This document shows, piece by piece, positions 10,885-20,994 of a stretch of DNA of 64,000 nucleotides (the first letter of the stretch is position 1; each line of letters opens with the position of its first letter). The stretch comes from an uncultured candidate division Zixibacteria bacterium (GTDB lineage Bacteria > Zixibacteria > MSB-5A5 > GN15 > FEB-12). Below the pieces are notes generated by a model that was not told where the DNA came from, did no database searches, and worked only from the letters and a program-made list of their open reading frames with translations. The position numbers were made by a program, and so were the translations under genes. Where the stretch lies: assembly GCA_963806185.1 (NCBI GenBank), contig CAWDXE010000007.1, positions 480,001 through 544,000 of the forward strand, read 5' to 3'.

Positions 10885-12237
10885 ATGAGTAGCGGTATGG
10901 ACAAACTGGCAATCATAGAACAAATTCGGCAGAGCAACGATTTGTTGTCGCTGCCGCAAGCCTTGTCGGAAATTCTACGAGAAGTAGACAACCCGAAATT
11001 CAACTCCGAATCACTGGCTCATATCATTCTGAAGGATCCGGCTCTGACCGGACGGATTCTCAAGCTCGCCAATTCATCTTTTTATCATCGTTTCTCGGAT
11101 ATCTCCACGGTCCATCAGGCCGTGCAGATGCTGGGGATCACGACGGTAAAATGCATGGCGCTGTCATCGTCGGTGTTCCGCCCGGAGAGCATTCAAGCGC
11201 TGTCGGGGATCGATGCGAAAGGTCTGTTTGCCAATATCCTGACGACAGCCGCCGCTGCGGAACGCATTGCCAAGCAGGTGAAATACCAGGCGCCGGAAGA
11301 GGCGTTCATTGCCGGACTGCTGCAGGATATCGGTATCATTTATTTTCTGCATCATCACCCGAAAGAGTACCGGAAGATCGTCGACGGGCAAGTATCCTGC
11401 CGGACGCTCGTCGAAGCTGAACGTCAACTGTTCGGCATCGACCATTGCGAAGTCGGGTACCATCTTACGACCAAATGGCGCCTGCCCGCGTACATTTCGG
11501 ACGCGGTTCGCGAGCACCATCACACGGAATCCCCCCAGAGGGACCTGGTCTTGCCGAACTGTATTCACCTGGCGGTACTGCTGGCGCCGGACACGATTAC
11601 GACCTATCCGACGGAACTCGAAAGCCGTCTGGGCCGGATCAACGCGGTAGCCGAGGCACTCGGACTGAGCAAAGCGGAGGTCGACGGCATTTCGACTTCA
11701 TTGTTCGGATGGGGACGAGAAGTTGCGGATTATCTGGGGATAGACATCGGCGACTCCGAGGCGATGCTGACGCGAGCCAATCGTGAATTATGGAAGACGT
11801 ATATCACGGTGGAAAACCTTTTCAAGGAGCGTCAGGAACTGAGCCGGCGGCTGCTCGATGAAGAGCGGGAGAAGGGCGCCATGGAGGCGAAGAACATCGC
11901 CATGGCGACCCTGTCGCATTACCTGAATAATGCGGCGATGGCAATCTACGGGCGATCACAGATTCTCCGCATGACGGCCCAGAAGGGCGACAAGCAGGCG
12001 CTGGAAGAGCGCCTGGAACCGAGCCTGGACGTTATCGACAAGTCGGTGCAGAAGATCGTCGCCGTGCTTCAGGAAATGAAAGAAATCACTCCCATCGCCA
12101 ACGTGAAGTTTCTGGATGCCTCGCAGGCAATGAATATGGACGACAGAATTGCGACTCGCCTGATCAAACTGGAGCGCGAGTCGGGATTGGTTCTTCCGGT
12201 CGACGCTGAAAACGAAGTTCATCCTGTCACTCGCTGA
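10885..12237 (+). CDS. HDOD-domain protein with C-terminal HisKA-like helix (start may be ATG 10897)
   Basis: LLSLP..DPALTGRILKLANSSFY..AVQMLG, EEAFIAGLLQDIG, FGIDHCEVG..WRLP; ATLSHYLNNAAMAIYG. Confidence 0.85.
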   Translation: MSSGMDKLAIIEQIRQSNDLLSLPQALSEILREVDNPKFNSESLAHIILKDPALTGRILKLANSSFYHRFSDISTVHQAVQMLGITTVKCMALSSSVFRPESIQALSGIDAKGLFANILTTAAAAERIAKQVKYQAPEEAFIAGLLQDIGIIYFLHHHPKEYRKIVDGQVSCRTLVEAERQLFGIDHCEVGYHLTTKWRLPAYISDAVREHHHTESPQRDLVLPNCIHLAVLLAPDTITTYPTELESRLGRINAVAEALGLSKAEVDGISTSLFGWGREVADYLGIDIGDSEAMLTRANRELWKTYITVENLFKERQELSRRLLDEEREKGAMEAKNIAMATLSHYLNNAAMAIYGRSQILRMTAQKGDKQALEERLEPSLDVIDKSVQKIVAVLQEMKEITPIANVKFLDASQAMNMDDRIATRLIKLERESGLVLPVDAENEVHPVTR

Positions 12238-12278
12238 TAGACTTGCATTGATTCCAACAACATCTTAGGTTTCCCGGC

Positions 12279-13478
12279 ATGCTGACGTACTTGACGGCAG
12301 GGGAATCTCACGGGCCGCAACTGACGGCCATCATTGACGGCTTTCCAGCCGGTTTTACCGTTAACATCGATGCGATCAATTTCGAGCTGGCTCGCCGCCA
12401 GAAGGGGTATGGGCGCGGGGGGCGGATGAAGATCGAGCAGGACCGAGTGGAAGTGGTTTCCGGTCTGCGCGGTGGGGTGACGATGGGGAGTCCGATCACG
12501 TTTGTCATCAAGAATAAGGACTGGGAGAATTGGACAGAGTTAATGGACCCGTTCAAGCCGGCGGGTGATGATCTTGGGTTGCGCGAGAAGCGGCTGAAGG
12601 AACAGACGACACGGCCGCGGCCGGGGCATGCTGATCTGGCGGGTGGGATCAAGTACAACCATCACGATATGCGCAATGTGCTGGAGCGGGCGTCGGCGCG
12701 CGAAACGGCGGCGCGGACGGCGGTCGGGGCGCTGGCGCGGCAGCTACTCGAGTATTTTGAGGTCGAGTTAGCCACCCACGTTGTGCGCATTGGCGGGGTG
12801 GCGCTGGAGACGGATTACGATCTGGAAGATTTGGCGCGCGTAAGGGAGATCACGGAAGCGTCGGAAGTGCGCTGTCTGGACGAGAAGACCGGGAAGAAGA
12901 TGATCGAGGAGATCAAGGCGGCGAAAGTGGCGCGTGATTCGGTGGGCGGAGTGCTGGAGTTGATCGTGCGCGGATTACCGGCAGGGCTGGGTGGCTTTTC
13001 GCAATGGTTCGATCGGCTGGACGGCAGGTTAGCGCAGGCTCTGATGTCGGTGCACTCGGTCAAAGGGGTGGAGATCGGGATGGGGTTTGAGGCGGCGACG
13101 ATGCGCGGTTCTCAAGTACACGACGAGATCTTCTACGATGCTGAAGGTGATCCGCGGACAAAGGGTTTCTTTCGCGAGACCAACCGGGCGGGCGGGCTGG
13201 AGGGTGGGATCACGAATGGGGAAGATCTGATCGTGCGCGTGGCCAACAAGCCGATTTCGACACTGAATCAACCGCTCAAGACGGTCGACGTGGTGACGAA
13301 GAAGGCGGCGGAGGCGATGGTGGAGCGCACGGACAACTGCATCACGCCGCCGCTGTGTGTTGTGTGTGAGGCGGTGACGGCGCTGGTGCTGGCGGAGGCG
13401 TTTCTGCACAAATTCGGCGCGGACAATATGATTGATATCGACCGCAACTGGCAGGGGTGGCTGGCGGCGGGGTACTGA
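12279..13478 (+). CDS. aroC: Chorismate synthase
   Basis: TAGESHG, RRQKGYGRGGRM, RPRPGHAD, LERASARETA, NRAGGLEGGITNG, KPIST. Confidence 0.97.
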   Translation: MLTYLTAGESHGPQLTAIIDGFPAGFTVNIDAINFELARRQKGYGRGGRMKIEQDRVEVVSGLRGGVTMGSPITFVIKNKDWENWTELMDPFKPAGDDLGLREKRLKEQTTRPRPGHADLAGGIKYNHHDMRNVLERASARETAARTAVGALARQLLEYFEVELATHVVRIGGVALETDYDLEDLARVREITEASEVRCLDEKTGKKMIEEIKAAKVARDSVGGVLELIVRGLPAGLGGFSQWFDRLDGRLAQALMSVHSVKGVEIGMGFEAATMRGSQVHDEIFYDAEGDPRTKGFFRETNRAGGLEGGITNGEDLIVRVANKPISTLNQPLKTVDVVTKKAAEAMVERTDNCITPPLCVVCEAVTALVLAEAFLHKFGADNMIDIDRNWQGWLAAGY

Positions 13479-13601
13479 TTTTCCCCGGCGGGGTCCGGCG
13501 GTCCCGAAATTCCCAACTAACGTATTCCGGTAAACGGCTTGCGTGGAGCAAGGGCTCTACGTATGTTGCTGTGAAAGGCGGTAGTGGGTGGTGGAGGGGT
13601 T

Positions 13602-16109
13602 GTGATTGCTCGGTCGACCATCAGATTCAGTCTCTTATTCCTAATCATGATGTGGGTGTGCCTGTCGGTGGCGGCGCAACGACGGCCGACGGGACCGGAT
13701 TCGCTAACCTCTCGAACCGCATCGCCGGTTGGTGCGTTGAATGACTATCGCGAGGAACCTTCATTCACCTCGCACAACCAGGGCAAACTGGCCATCACAC
13801 TGTCAAATACCGGGGGGTTTGGGTTACCCCGGGACAACATGGCGTTCTGGAAACCGACGCGCGACCCGCTATCACGAGAAGATGTCTATTATTGCATGTA
13901 CCCCAAGGAGACGGGGATAGTGTGGGCACTGTACCTGAATACGACGATTGGGGGGATTCGCGGAGACGATACGGTCGTCGCCGGTTGGAGTTACCCCTGG
14001 AAGAATGACTGGCCCGAGTACTATACGTTTAAATTCGAAAGTGCGTCGCGCGCGGTGATGTCGATCTACACGGATTCCGCGCGGTCCGACCTGGACATCT
14101 ACTGTGCGTATATCGACACGGTTGCGCAAGGAAGGGGATCGTACGCGCACAAGCCGACGATGTTGAAGGTGAGGCAGCGGTCGATGGCGTGGAGCGGGGG
14201 AGGGAGCGACGATTTCATTCTCGTTGAGGATCGAATTCAGAATATCGGTACGGAGACGTTGCGTGAGTTGTATGTCGGAATTGGCATTGATGCCAGGGTT
14301 TTCCATATTTCCGTACTCGAGGATACACTTTACCCGCAGCAGCAACCTGTGCTCACCGGCTTCCTGGCAAGCTTTGAGCCGGACGGCGAATGTGCGACAC
14401 CATCGGCAATCAATCTGGCGTATGTCATGTCGGCTGATGGGCGGCCGGGTATCAAGCAATGGACGAAGGACTCACCGCTGGGGGCAGTGGGGTTGAGAAT
14501 GATTAATGTCCCGGCCAAGGTTCCTCGGGTCAATTACAATTGGTTTGCCTGGACGCTAACATACTTTGAGCCGCGCCTGAGAGGTACGGCCGATGATCCG
14601 TTTCGGCCATATGATCGAGGCAGTCGTCGGCCTTACAGCGAGCAGGACCAATACTATGCGCTACGACACCGCGAGATCGACTATGACCAGATGACCACCG
14701 CTCTCAATCATTATTGGGAGGGGTGGCAAACGACGCCCGGCTACGCGGCAGATATTGCGGGGGGAGCCGAGTCGGGGGCGACACTCTCATTTGGCACCTT
14801 TGATCTACCCCCGGGGGCGGTGGCGACCGTGGTATATGCCATTGTCGGCGGCGATAGTGTTCATGTCGAGCCGACCGACTATGATCGTCTCTGGAATCCC
14901 GACCGTCCGCAGTATTACTACAATTCTCTCAATTTCAAGGGGCTGGCCGACAATGCCCGGTGGGCCGGGTATGTTTACGATAATCCGGGGGTTGACACGG
15001 ATGACGACGGGTACGCCGGGGAGTACACCATCTGCGAAGGCGACACGGTATGGTCACGAGGGGACGGCGTACCGGATTGGAAGTCGGACAATCCGCCGCC
15101 ATCGCCGGAATTGCACGTCAGCACTGACCAGGGGAGACTGATTGTGCGCTGGAATGGGTTTTTCAGTGAGACCACCCCCGACCAACTGACACGAGTGCGC
15201 GATTTTGAAGGGTACCGGGTCTACCTGGGTCTGGACTCGCGGGCATCGAGTCTGTCACTCATCAGGTCGTTTGATTATGAGAACTATATCCGCTATAGGA
15301 TGGCCAAGCTGGGCACCGGCAAATGGGTCTGGCATGCAACCGACCTTCCGCTTTCACTCGATTCGTTGCGCCGGTATTACAATGACCCGCTGTTCGAACC
15401 GTTGGTGTACGACCGGGAGCACCCGCTCGATATCAATGGCGAGTATTTCTGCTTCTACATGCAGAGCTACAACAGCTCGCAGCTGACTGCGGACGGGATT
15501 CACAAGGCGTATCCTGAGGCGGTGAAGCCGAGCATGGATTCACTCCAGTGGACAGATGATGAGGTGACGACGGAACATGGTCGTCGATTGCCCAAATACT
15601 ATGAATATGAAATTGTGATCGGGGATTTGCTGCCGACGATCGAGTACTGGGTGAGCGTGACGGCGTTTGATTTTGGTTTTGCGACAGGGGACATTCCGGC
15701 GCAGGAGAGCAACAAGTACCTGAATCTGACGCAGGCGTGGGCGGTGCGCAGTGCGGAAGAGGTGGCGCAGGAGAATCTCAACGTGTATGTCTGGCCGAAT
15801 CCGTACCGGTATGACGGCAATTACGCTGACGGGGGGTACGAGAATCACGACCAGAGCCTGTGGTACGACCGGGCGAGGCGGATTCACTTTGGCAACCTGC
15901 CGAACAAGTGCACCATTTCGATTCTGTCGTTGGATGGAGATCTGGTCAAAGAAATTCATCATGACTATCCTGCGGCTGACCCGAGAGCAGCTCATGATGC
16001 GTGGGATCTGATCTCGCGGGCGAGCTTGTTGGCAGTGTCGGGGATATACTATTGGGTGGTGGAAGGGGGAGGGCGGACGCAGATGGGGAAGCTGGTGGTG
16101 ATAGAGTAG
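13602..16109 (+). CDS. Large secreted protein with FN3-like region and PNP-type C-terminal domain, paralogue A
   Basis: GGAGG then GTG 13602; signal peptide; DNPGVDTDDDG acidic loop; PPPSP..VRWN..FEGYRVY..YWVSVTAFD; VYVWPNPY..IHFGNLP..LDGDLVKEI..WDLISR..SGIYYWVVE..GKLVVIE. Confidence 0.75.
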   Translation: MIARSTIRFSLLFLIMMWVCLSVAAQRRPTGPDSLTSRTASPVGALNDYREEPSFTSHNQGKLAITLSNTGGFGLPRDNMAFWKPTRDPLSREDVYYCMYPKETGIVWALYLNTTIGGIRGDDTVVAGWSYPWKNDWPEYYTFKFESASRAVMSIYTDSARSDLDIYCAYIDTVAQGRGSYAHKPTMLKVRQRSMAWSGGGSDDFILVEDRIQNIGTETLRELYVGIGIDARVFHISVLEDTLYPQQQPVLTGFLASFEPDGECATPSAINLAYVMSADGRPGIKQWTKDSPLGAVGLRMINVPAKVPRVNYNWFAWTLTYFEPRLRGTADDPFRPYDRGSRRPYSEQDQYYALRHREIDYDQMTTALNHYWEGWQTTPGYAADIAGGAESGATLSFGTFDLPPGAVATVVYAIVGGDSVHVEPTDYDRLWNPDRPQYYYNSLNFKGLADNARWAGYVYDNPGVDTDDDGYAGEYTICEGDTVWSRGDGVPDWKSDNPPPSPELHVSTDQGRLIVRWNGFFSETTPDQLTRVRDFEGYRVYLGLDSRASSLSLIRSFDYENYIRYRMAKLGTGKWVWHATDLPLSLDSLRRYYNDPLFEPLVYDREHPLDINGEYFCFYMQSYNSSQLTADGIHKAYPEAVKPSMDSLQWTDDEVTTEHGRRLPKYYEYEIVIGDLLPTIEYWVSVTAFDFGFATGDIPAQESNKYLNLTQAWAVRSAEEVAQENLNVYVWPNPYRYDGNYADGGYENHDQSLWYDRARRIHFGNLPNKCTISILSLDGDLVKEIHHDYPAADPRAAHDAWDLISRASLLAVSGIYYWVVEGGGRTQMGKLVVIE

Positions 16110-16112
16110 GGG
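16035..16112 (+). repeat. 78-bp exact direct repeat, copy 1
   Basis: Identical to 18620-18697 by base-by-base reading. Confidence 0.95.
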
Positions 16113-16171
16113 ATATTGCCACGGCATTAGTGGCTGGGATGCAGTGGGGGGAGTTGCAATAGGACGGAATC

Positions 16172-18694
16172 ATGTCGCCTCGGATACCTGTTGGGGTGAG
16201 TCTGATTGTTTTCGGGCTGTTGTCGATCAGCGACGCAGTTTGGGGGCAGCGAGCACCCTTGGACTCAATGAGGCAAGAACATGTCATGCGGCCGGCGGTC
16301 CCGTCGGCGAGTGCCACACCGACGTACATCTTCACGGCACATAACCAGGGGAAAATACAGCTGGTGTTGTCAAATTACGGTCGGTTTGGTGTGCCGAAGG
16401 ATTCTGACCCGCTCTCCGGTTTCCACATTCCGACCGAGGATCCGCTCTCACAAGAGGAAATCTTCTACTGCACCTACCCCAAGGTAACAAACAGTGTCTG
16501 GACGCTCTACATGCAGTTGCTGGCAGGTGGCATTCGCGGCAAAGATACAGTTGTCGCGAATGTGTGGTCGGACGAGGTCTGGGTACCGGATGAGACGGAT
16601 ATTGGGACTTTTCGATTCGAGAGTGGTTCGCGAGCCAAAGCAAATCTGTTCACGGATTCGGCCCGATCCGATCTGGACATTTATTGCGTGTACATTGATT
16701 CTGTGCCTGATCGTCCAGGGGGAATGTATGGTCACCGGCCGACCATGCTCAAGGTGAGTCAGCGGTCGATGGCTTGGAGCGGGGGTGGGAGCGACGACTT
16801 CATACTCGTTGAGGACCGATTTACTAATGTGGGCTCGGAAACACTGAGTCGCTTGTACTTCGGGTTACAATTCGAGAACCGGGTATACCATCGATCGGAG
16901 CTCGAAGACACATTGTATTTCCCGAGCTATGAGAAGAATCTGACCGGTTTCCTCAGGACATATGGCGGTCGCGGCGGGTGCAGTGAGCCGGATACTGTCA
17001 ATATCGCGTATGTAATGGCTGCGGATGCGCGGCCGTTTATCAAGCAGTGGACCAAGTATTCGGCCATCGGTGCGGTAGGTGTGCGGATGATACGCATCCC
17101 GGCCGGCGTACCTACCGTGAATTACAATTGGTATAGCAGGTCGCCCTTTTTTGCGCCGCGAAAACGCGGGACTGAAGCCGAACCGTATAGAGAGTACTCC
17201 TTCCTCGACCAGATGCCCTGGGATGAACACGAATACTATTACTTTTTGAGTCACAAGGAAATTGACTACGATCAGATGTTCACAGCGGTCGACCATTATT
17301 GGGAGGGGTGGAAGCAGCCACCCGAGGATGCGGTCGACATAGCGAACGGCGTTCGCGCAACAGCGACGCTTTCGTTCGGTACCTTTGACCTCCCGCCGGG
17401 AGCAGAAGCGTCAGTGGTCTGGGCGATTGTCGGCGGCGATAGTGTGCACGTCGGGCCTACTGATTACGATCATTTATGGAATCCCGAGAGTCCCGACCGA
17501 TTCTACAATTCGCTCAATTTCAAAGCGCTGGCGGAGAACGCCCGGTGGGCCGGTTGGGTGTACGATAACCCCGGTTTTGATACTGACGGCGACGGGTATC
17601 TTGGGAAATACGATATGTGTGACGGCGACACAGTTTGGTACGAGGGGGATGGCGTGCCGGACTGGCGAGCGGAGGGGCCGCCTCCGTCGCCCGAAATCCG
17701 AGTCATTCCCACCGAGGGGAGCATGGTGGTCCGTTGGAACGGGTTCTTCAGTGAAGTGACACCCGACCCGCTCACGAGAGTGCGGGATTTCGAAGGGTAT
17801 CGAATATATCTGGGATTGGATTCACGCCCGTCCAGTTTCTCGCTGATCCGATCATTCGATTATGAGAACTATGTCAGATACAAGCTGGTGGGGTTGGCGG
17901 ATGGTCGCTGGGTCTGGCTGGCAACCGATCTGCCGCTCACTTTGGACTCCCTTCGCGTGCTGTATGCCGATCCCGAATTTGAACCGTTGGTATATGACCG
18001 GGAGCACCCGCTCGTGATCAATGGCCAATATTACTGCTTCTCCATGCAGAGCTACAACAGCGCGCAATTAACCGCTGATGGAATACATAGGGTGTATCCG
18101 GACGCGATCAAACCAAGCATGGATTCATCGCAGTGGACTGACGAAGAGGTGACGCTGGAGCATGGCCGTCGACTGCCCAAGTACTACGAGTATGAGATTG
18201 TTGTCACCAATTTGCTGCCTACAGTGGAGTACTGGGTGAGCGTGACGGCGTTCGATTTCGGCTTCATAACCGGTGATATTGCGGCACAGGAGAGCGATGT
18301 CTACGAGAATGTGACCAGAGCATGGGCGGTGCGCAACTCGGAGGAGGTCGCAGAAGACAATCTGAACGTGTATGTTTGGCCTAATCCGTACCGGTACGAC
18401 GCGGATTACGACGGTCAGGGTTATGAGAATCACGATCAGTCGTTGTGGTATGACCGGGCGAGGCGGATTCACTTCGGCAACTTGCCCAATATGTGTAAGA
18501 TCTCGATTCTTTCGCTCGACGGGGATTTGGTGAAGGAGATCATTCATGATTATCCGTCGGGTGATCCTCGGTCGACGCACGATTACTGGGACCTGATATC
18601 GCGGAACAGTTTGCTGGCGGTGTCGGGGATATACTATTGGGTGGTGGAAGGGGGAGGGCGGACGCAGATGGGGAAGCTGGTGGTGATAGAGTAG
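16172..18694 (+). CDS. Large secreted protein, paralogue B of 13602-16109
   Basis: Aligns end to end with paralogue A (HNQGK, DSARSDLDIYC, QRSMAWSGGGSDDFILVEDR, EHGRRLPKYYEYE, same C-terminus). Confidence 0.75.
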   Translation: MSPRIPVGVSLIVFGLLSISDAVWGQRAPLDSMRQEHVMRPAVPSASATPTYIFTAHNQGKIQLVLSNYGRFGVPKDSDPLSGFHIPTEDPLSQEEIFYCTYPKVTNSVWTLYMQLLAGGIRGKDTVVANVWSDEVWVPDETDIGTFRFESGSRAKANLFTDSARSDLDIYCVYIDSVPDRPGGMYGHRPTMLKVSQRSMAWSGGGSDDFILVEDRFTNVGSETLSRLYFGLQFENRVYHRSELEDTLYFPSYEKNLTGFLRTYGGRGGCSEPDTVNIAYVMAADARPFIKQWTKYSAIGAVGVRMIRIPAGVPTVNYNWYSRSPFFAPRKRGTEAEPYREYSFLDQMPWDEHEYYYFLSHKEIDYDQMFTAVDHYWEGWKQPPEDAVDIANGVRATATLSFGTFDLPPGAEASVVWAIVGGDSVHVGPTDYDHLWNPESPDRFYNSLNFKALAENARWAGWVYDNPGFDTDGDGYLGKYDMCDGDTVWYEGDGVPDWRAEGPPPSPEIRVIPTEGSMVVRWNGFFSEVTPDPLTRVRDFEGYRIYLGLDSRPSSFSLIRSFDYENYVRYKLVGLADGRWVWLATDLPLTLDSLRVLYADPEFEPLVYDREHPLVINGQYYCFSMQSYNSAQLTADGIHRVYPDAIKPSMDSSQWTDEEVTLEHGRRLPKYYEYEIVVTNLLPTVEYWVSVTAFDFGFITGDIAAQESDVYENVTRAWAVRNSEEVAEDNLNVYVWPNPYRYDADYDGQGYENHDQSLWYDRARRIHFGNLPNMCKISILSLDGDLVKEIIHDYPSGDPRSTHDYWDLISRNSLLAVSGIYYWVVEGGGRTQMGKLVVIE

Positions 18695-18697
18695 GGG
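18620..18697 (+). repeat. 78-bp exact direct repeat, copy 2
   Basis: Identical to 16035-16112. Confidence 0.95.
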
Positions 18698-18723
18698 GGA
18701 TGGCGGAAGCGCGAGCGGCTAAG

Positions 18724-18829
18724 GTGATGCGTCAGGTCACGCGCCTCGCGGACTCGGCGCAGGAGCTGACGCAACGACGGAACCCCGGCACAAATAATCA
18801 GGCTGGCGCACGGGACGTACGCTAGCCAC
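18724..18829. repeat. REP-like palindromic elements
   Basis: TGCGTCAG...CTGACGCA hairpin, plus 27-mer CTGGCGCACGGGACGTACGCTAGCCAC matching 59436-59462 at 24/27 positions. Confidence 0.6.
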
Positions 18830-18860
18830 AATGAAACGGACGGGGGAAAGAGGCAGCCAC

Positions 18861-18889
18861 TTGCCTTTGGCGGGGGAATGATGTACACT
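18861..18889 (+). promoter_or_regulatory. Putative sigma70 promoter of ymdB-folD
   Basis: TTGCCT-N17-TACACT. Confidence 0.6.
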
Positions 18890-18969
18890 TGGGCATTCGA
18901 AAATCCCCCGATGTCGCAAGGGCGGTTGCCTATCGGGTTATCGTGAACCCGCCTTAGAAAGTTGGACGT

Positions 18970-19758
18970 TTGTCGATAGTTACGGTACTGTTTGTCGCCG
19001 ATTTGTGCGGCAAACCCGGCCGCCAGGCGGCGGCCCATCTGATCAAGCCCCTTCGCGAAAAATACGGCGTCAATTACGTGATCGCCAACATCGAGAATGC
19101 CGCCGGAGGATTCGGCATTACGCCCGAAATGTCGCGCAAGATTTTCAGCTATGGCGTCGACATGCAGACCTCCGGCAACCATATCTGGGATCGCGTCCAG
19201 ATTCTGGAGTATTTCGAGCAAAAGCCCAAGCTGCTTCGTCCAGCCAACTACCCGCTGGGTGTGCCGGGGAACGGGTCGTTTATCGAGACGGTGGGCGACT
19301 TCAAGATCGGCGTGCTCAACCTGATGGGGCGGACATATATGAACAGCAGTCTGGATTGTCCGTTTCGCACCGCGAATCGCGAAGTGAATAATATCATGCG
19401 GGAGACCCCGATCATCATCATCGATTTCCACGCCGAAGCATCGTCGGAAAAGCAGGCACTCTGCTATTTTCTCGACGGCAAGGTGTCGGCGGTGATCGGC
19501 ACGCACACGCATGTGCCGACGGCTGACGAAAAGATCACCAAGCGGGGAACGGCCTATATCACCGACGCCGGTATGACCGGGCCGCATGATTCAATCATCG
19601 GCATGGACAAGGGGCCGTCGCTCGGGCGCTTTCTCACCGGCATGCCCAAACGGTTTACAACGGCCGAGGGGGACGTCAAACTGCAGGGTGTGATCGTGAA
19701 GATCAACTCCGAGGATGGTCAGGCAGTGGAGATCATCTCGGATCAGCGAGAGCTTTGA
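18970..19758 (+). CDS. ymdB: YmdB-like metallophosphoesterase (TIGR00282 type); true end may be 19804 after a frameshift near 19735
   Basis: [57 protein letters not shown]. Confidence 0.9.
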   Translation: MSIVTVLFVADLCGKPGRQAAAHLIKPLREKYGVNYVIANIENAAGGFGITPEMSRKIFSYGVDMQTSGNHIWDRVQILEYFEQKPKLLRPANYPLGVPGNGSFIETVGDFKIGVLNLMGRTYMNSSLDCPFRTANREVNNIMRETPIIIIDFHAEASSEKQALCYFLDGKVSAVIGTHTHVPTADEKITKRGTAYITDAGMTGPHDSIIGMDKGPSLGRFLTGMPKRFTTAEGDVKLQGVIVKINSEDGQAVEIISDQREL

Positions 19759-19808
19759 CATCACGGCGGTCAAAGGAGGTATCGACTTTTCAGATGAAGA
19801 CTGACACG

Positions 19809-20693
19809 GTGCCTGCGGACAAGATCATCGACGGGAAAATCGTCGCGGAATCGATTAAAGAAGCCCTTCGGCCGCGCTTAGAAGCGCTAAAGGCGAAAGG
19901 GATTACTCCCGGGCTGGCGGCCGTGTTGGTGGGTGATGATCCGGCGTCGGCGAGTTATGTAAAAGGAAAAGCGCAGGCGTGTGAGAAACTGGGGTTGTAT
20001 TCGAAGGTGATTACGCAACCGGCGACGCTGTCGCAGGCGGCCTTGATCGAGATTGTGAAGTCGCTGAATGCTGATCCCAAAATTCACGGCATCCTGGTGC
20101 AGTCGCCGGTGCCGAAGCAGATTGATGAGCTGGCGGTGACATTGACGATCGATCCGCGCAAGGACGTCGATGGATTTCATCCGTACAATGTCGGCATGAT
20201 GCTGATCGGCGAACCGACGCTGCTGCCGTGCACGCCGCACGGCATTATCAAGCTTCTTGAGCATTACGCGATCACTACCGCCGGAAAAGAGGTGGTAGTG
20301 GTCGGGCGATCGAATATTGTCGGCAAACCGGTGGCGGCGCTGCTGATGCAGAAGGGGCCGTTCGCCGACGCGACAGTGACGGTGGCGCATTCGCGCACTC
20401 GGAACCTGGCGGAGGTGACGCGACGGGCGGATATCCTGATTGCGGCAATTGGGAAAGCGGAGATTATCAAGCCTGAGATGGTGAAAGAGGGGGCGGTGGT
20501 GATCGATGTTGGGATTAACCGGGTGGAAGACCCTTCGAGCAAAAAGGGGTACCGCCTGGTGGGTGATGTCGCGTTTGACGCATGCCTACCAAAGGTCTCC
20601 CGGATTACGCCGGTGCCGGGTGGGGTTGGACCGATGACAATCGCGATGCTGATGGCGAATACGGTTCTTGCGGCCGAGCAATTGGGCCGTTGA
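19809..20693 (+). CDS. folD: Methylenetetrahydrofolate dehydrogenase/cyclohydrolase (start GTG 19809 or ATG 19794)
   Basis: [54 protein letters not shown]. Confidence 0.97.
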   Translation: MPADKIIDGKIVAESIKEALRPRLEALKAKGITPGLAAVLVGDDPASASYVKGKAQACEKLGLYSKVITQPATLSQAALIEIVKSLNADPKIHGILVQSPVPKQIDELAVTLTIDPRKDVDGFHPYNVGMMLIGEPTLLPCTPHGIIKLLEHYAITTAGKEVVVVGRSNIVGKPVAALLMQKGPFADATVTVAHSRTRNLAEVTRRADILIAAIGKAEIIKPEMVKEGAVVIDVGINRVEDPSSKKGYRLVGDVAFDACLPKVSRITPVPGGVGPMTIAMLMANTVLAAEQLGR

Positions 20694-20994
20694 AGTACTG
20701 TGCGGCCTGAAGTCGAGATCGGCTCACCTGCTTGCAGTTAATGTGCATTGTGGTGCGTTTCAGATATCCCTCCGACGCGGAATTTCCCGGAAAGTAGTCA
20801 GCGGCGTCAGCCAATGTGGATGTATGGCTTTAGGTAGGCAGGGTTAAACCGTTTGGGAGAGCGATGTTAGAATCAGGTGGTGGACAAGCAAGGAGTTCGT
20901 TCATTCCTGCTATTTGGCTGTCTTTCAAAAGGATAGAGGGCATACGGTTTGCTGAGTCAAGAGTGAACTGTTACCGGTAGGGTTGCAAATTTAG

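Noticed and set aside
16035..18697. Diversity-generating retroelement VR/TR pair
   Set aside because: The copies are identical with no adenine-specific mismatches, both are coding ends, and no reverse transcriptase is in the window.
18890..18969. Folate- or ZTP-type riboswitch before ymdB-folD
   Set aside because: Only a generic stem (AAGGGCGG/CCGCCTT) is visible; I could not match conserved aptamer motifs. An Rfam scan would settle it.
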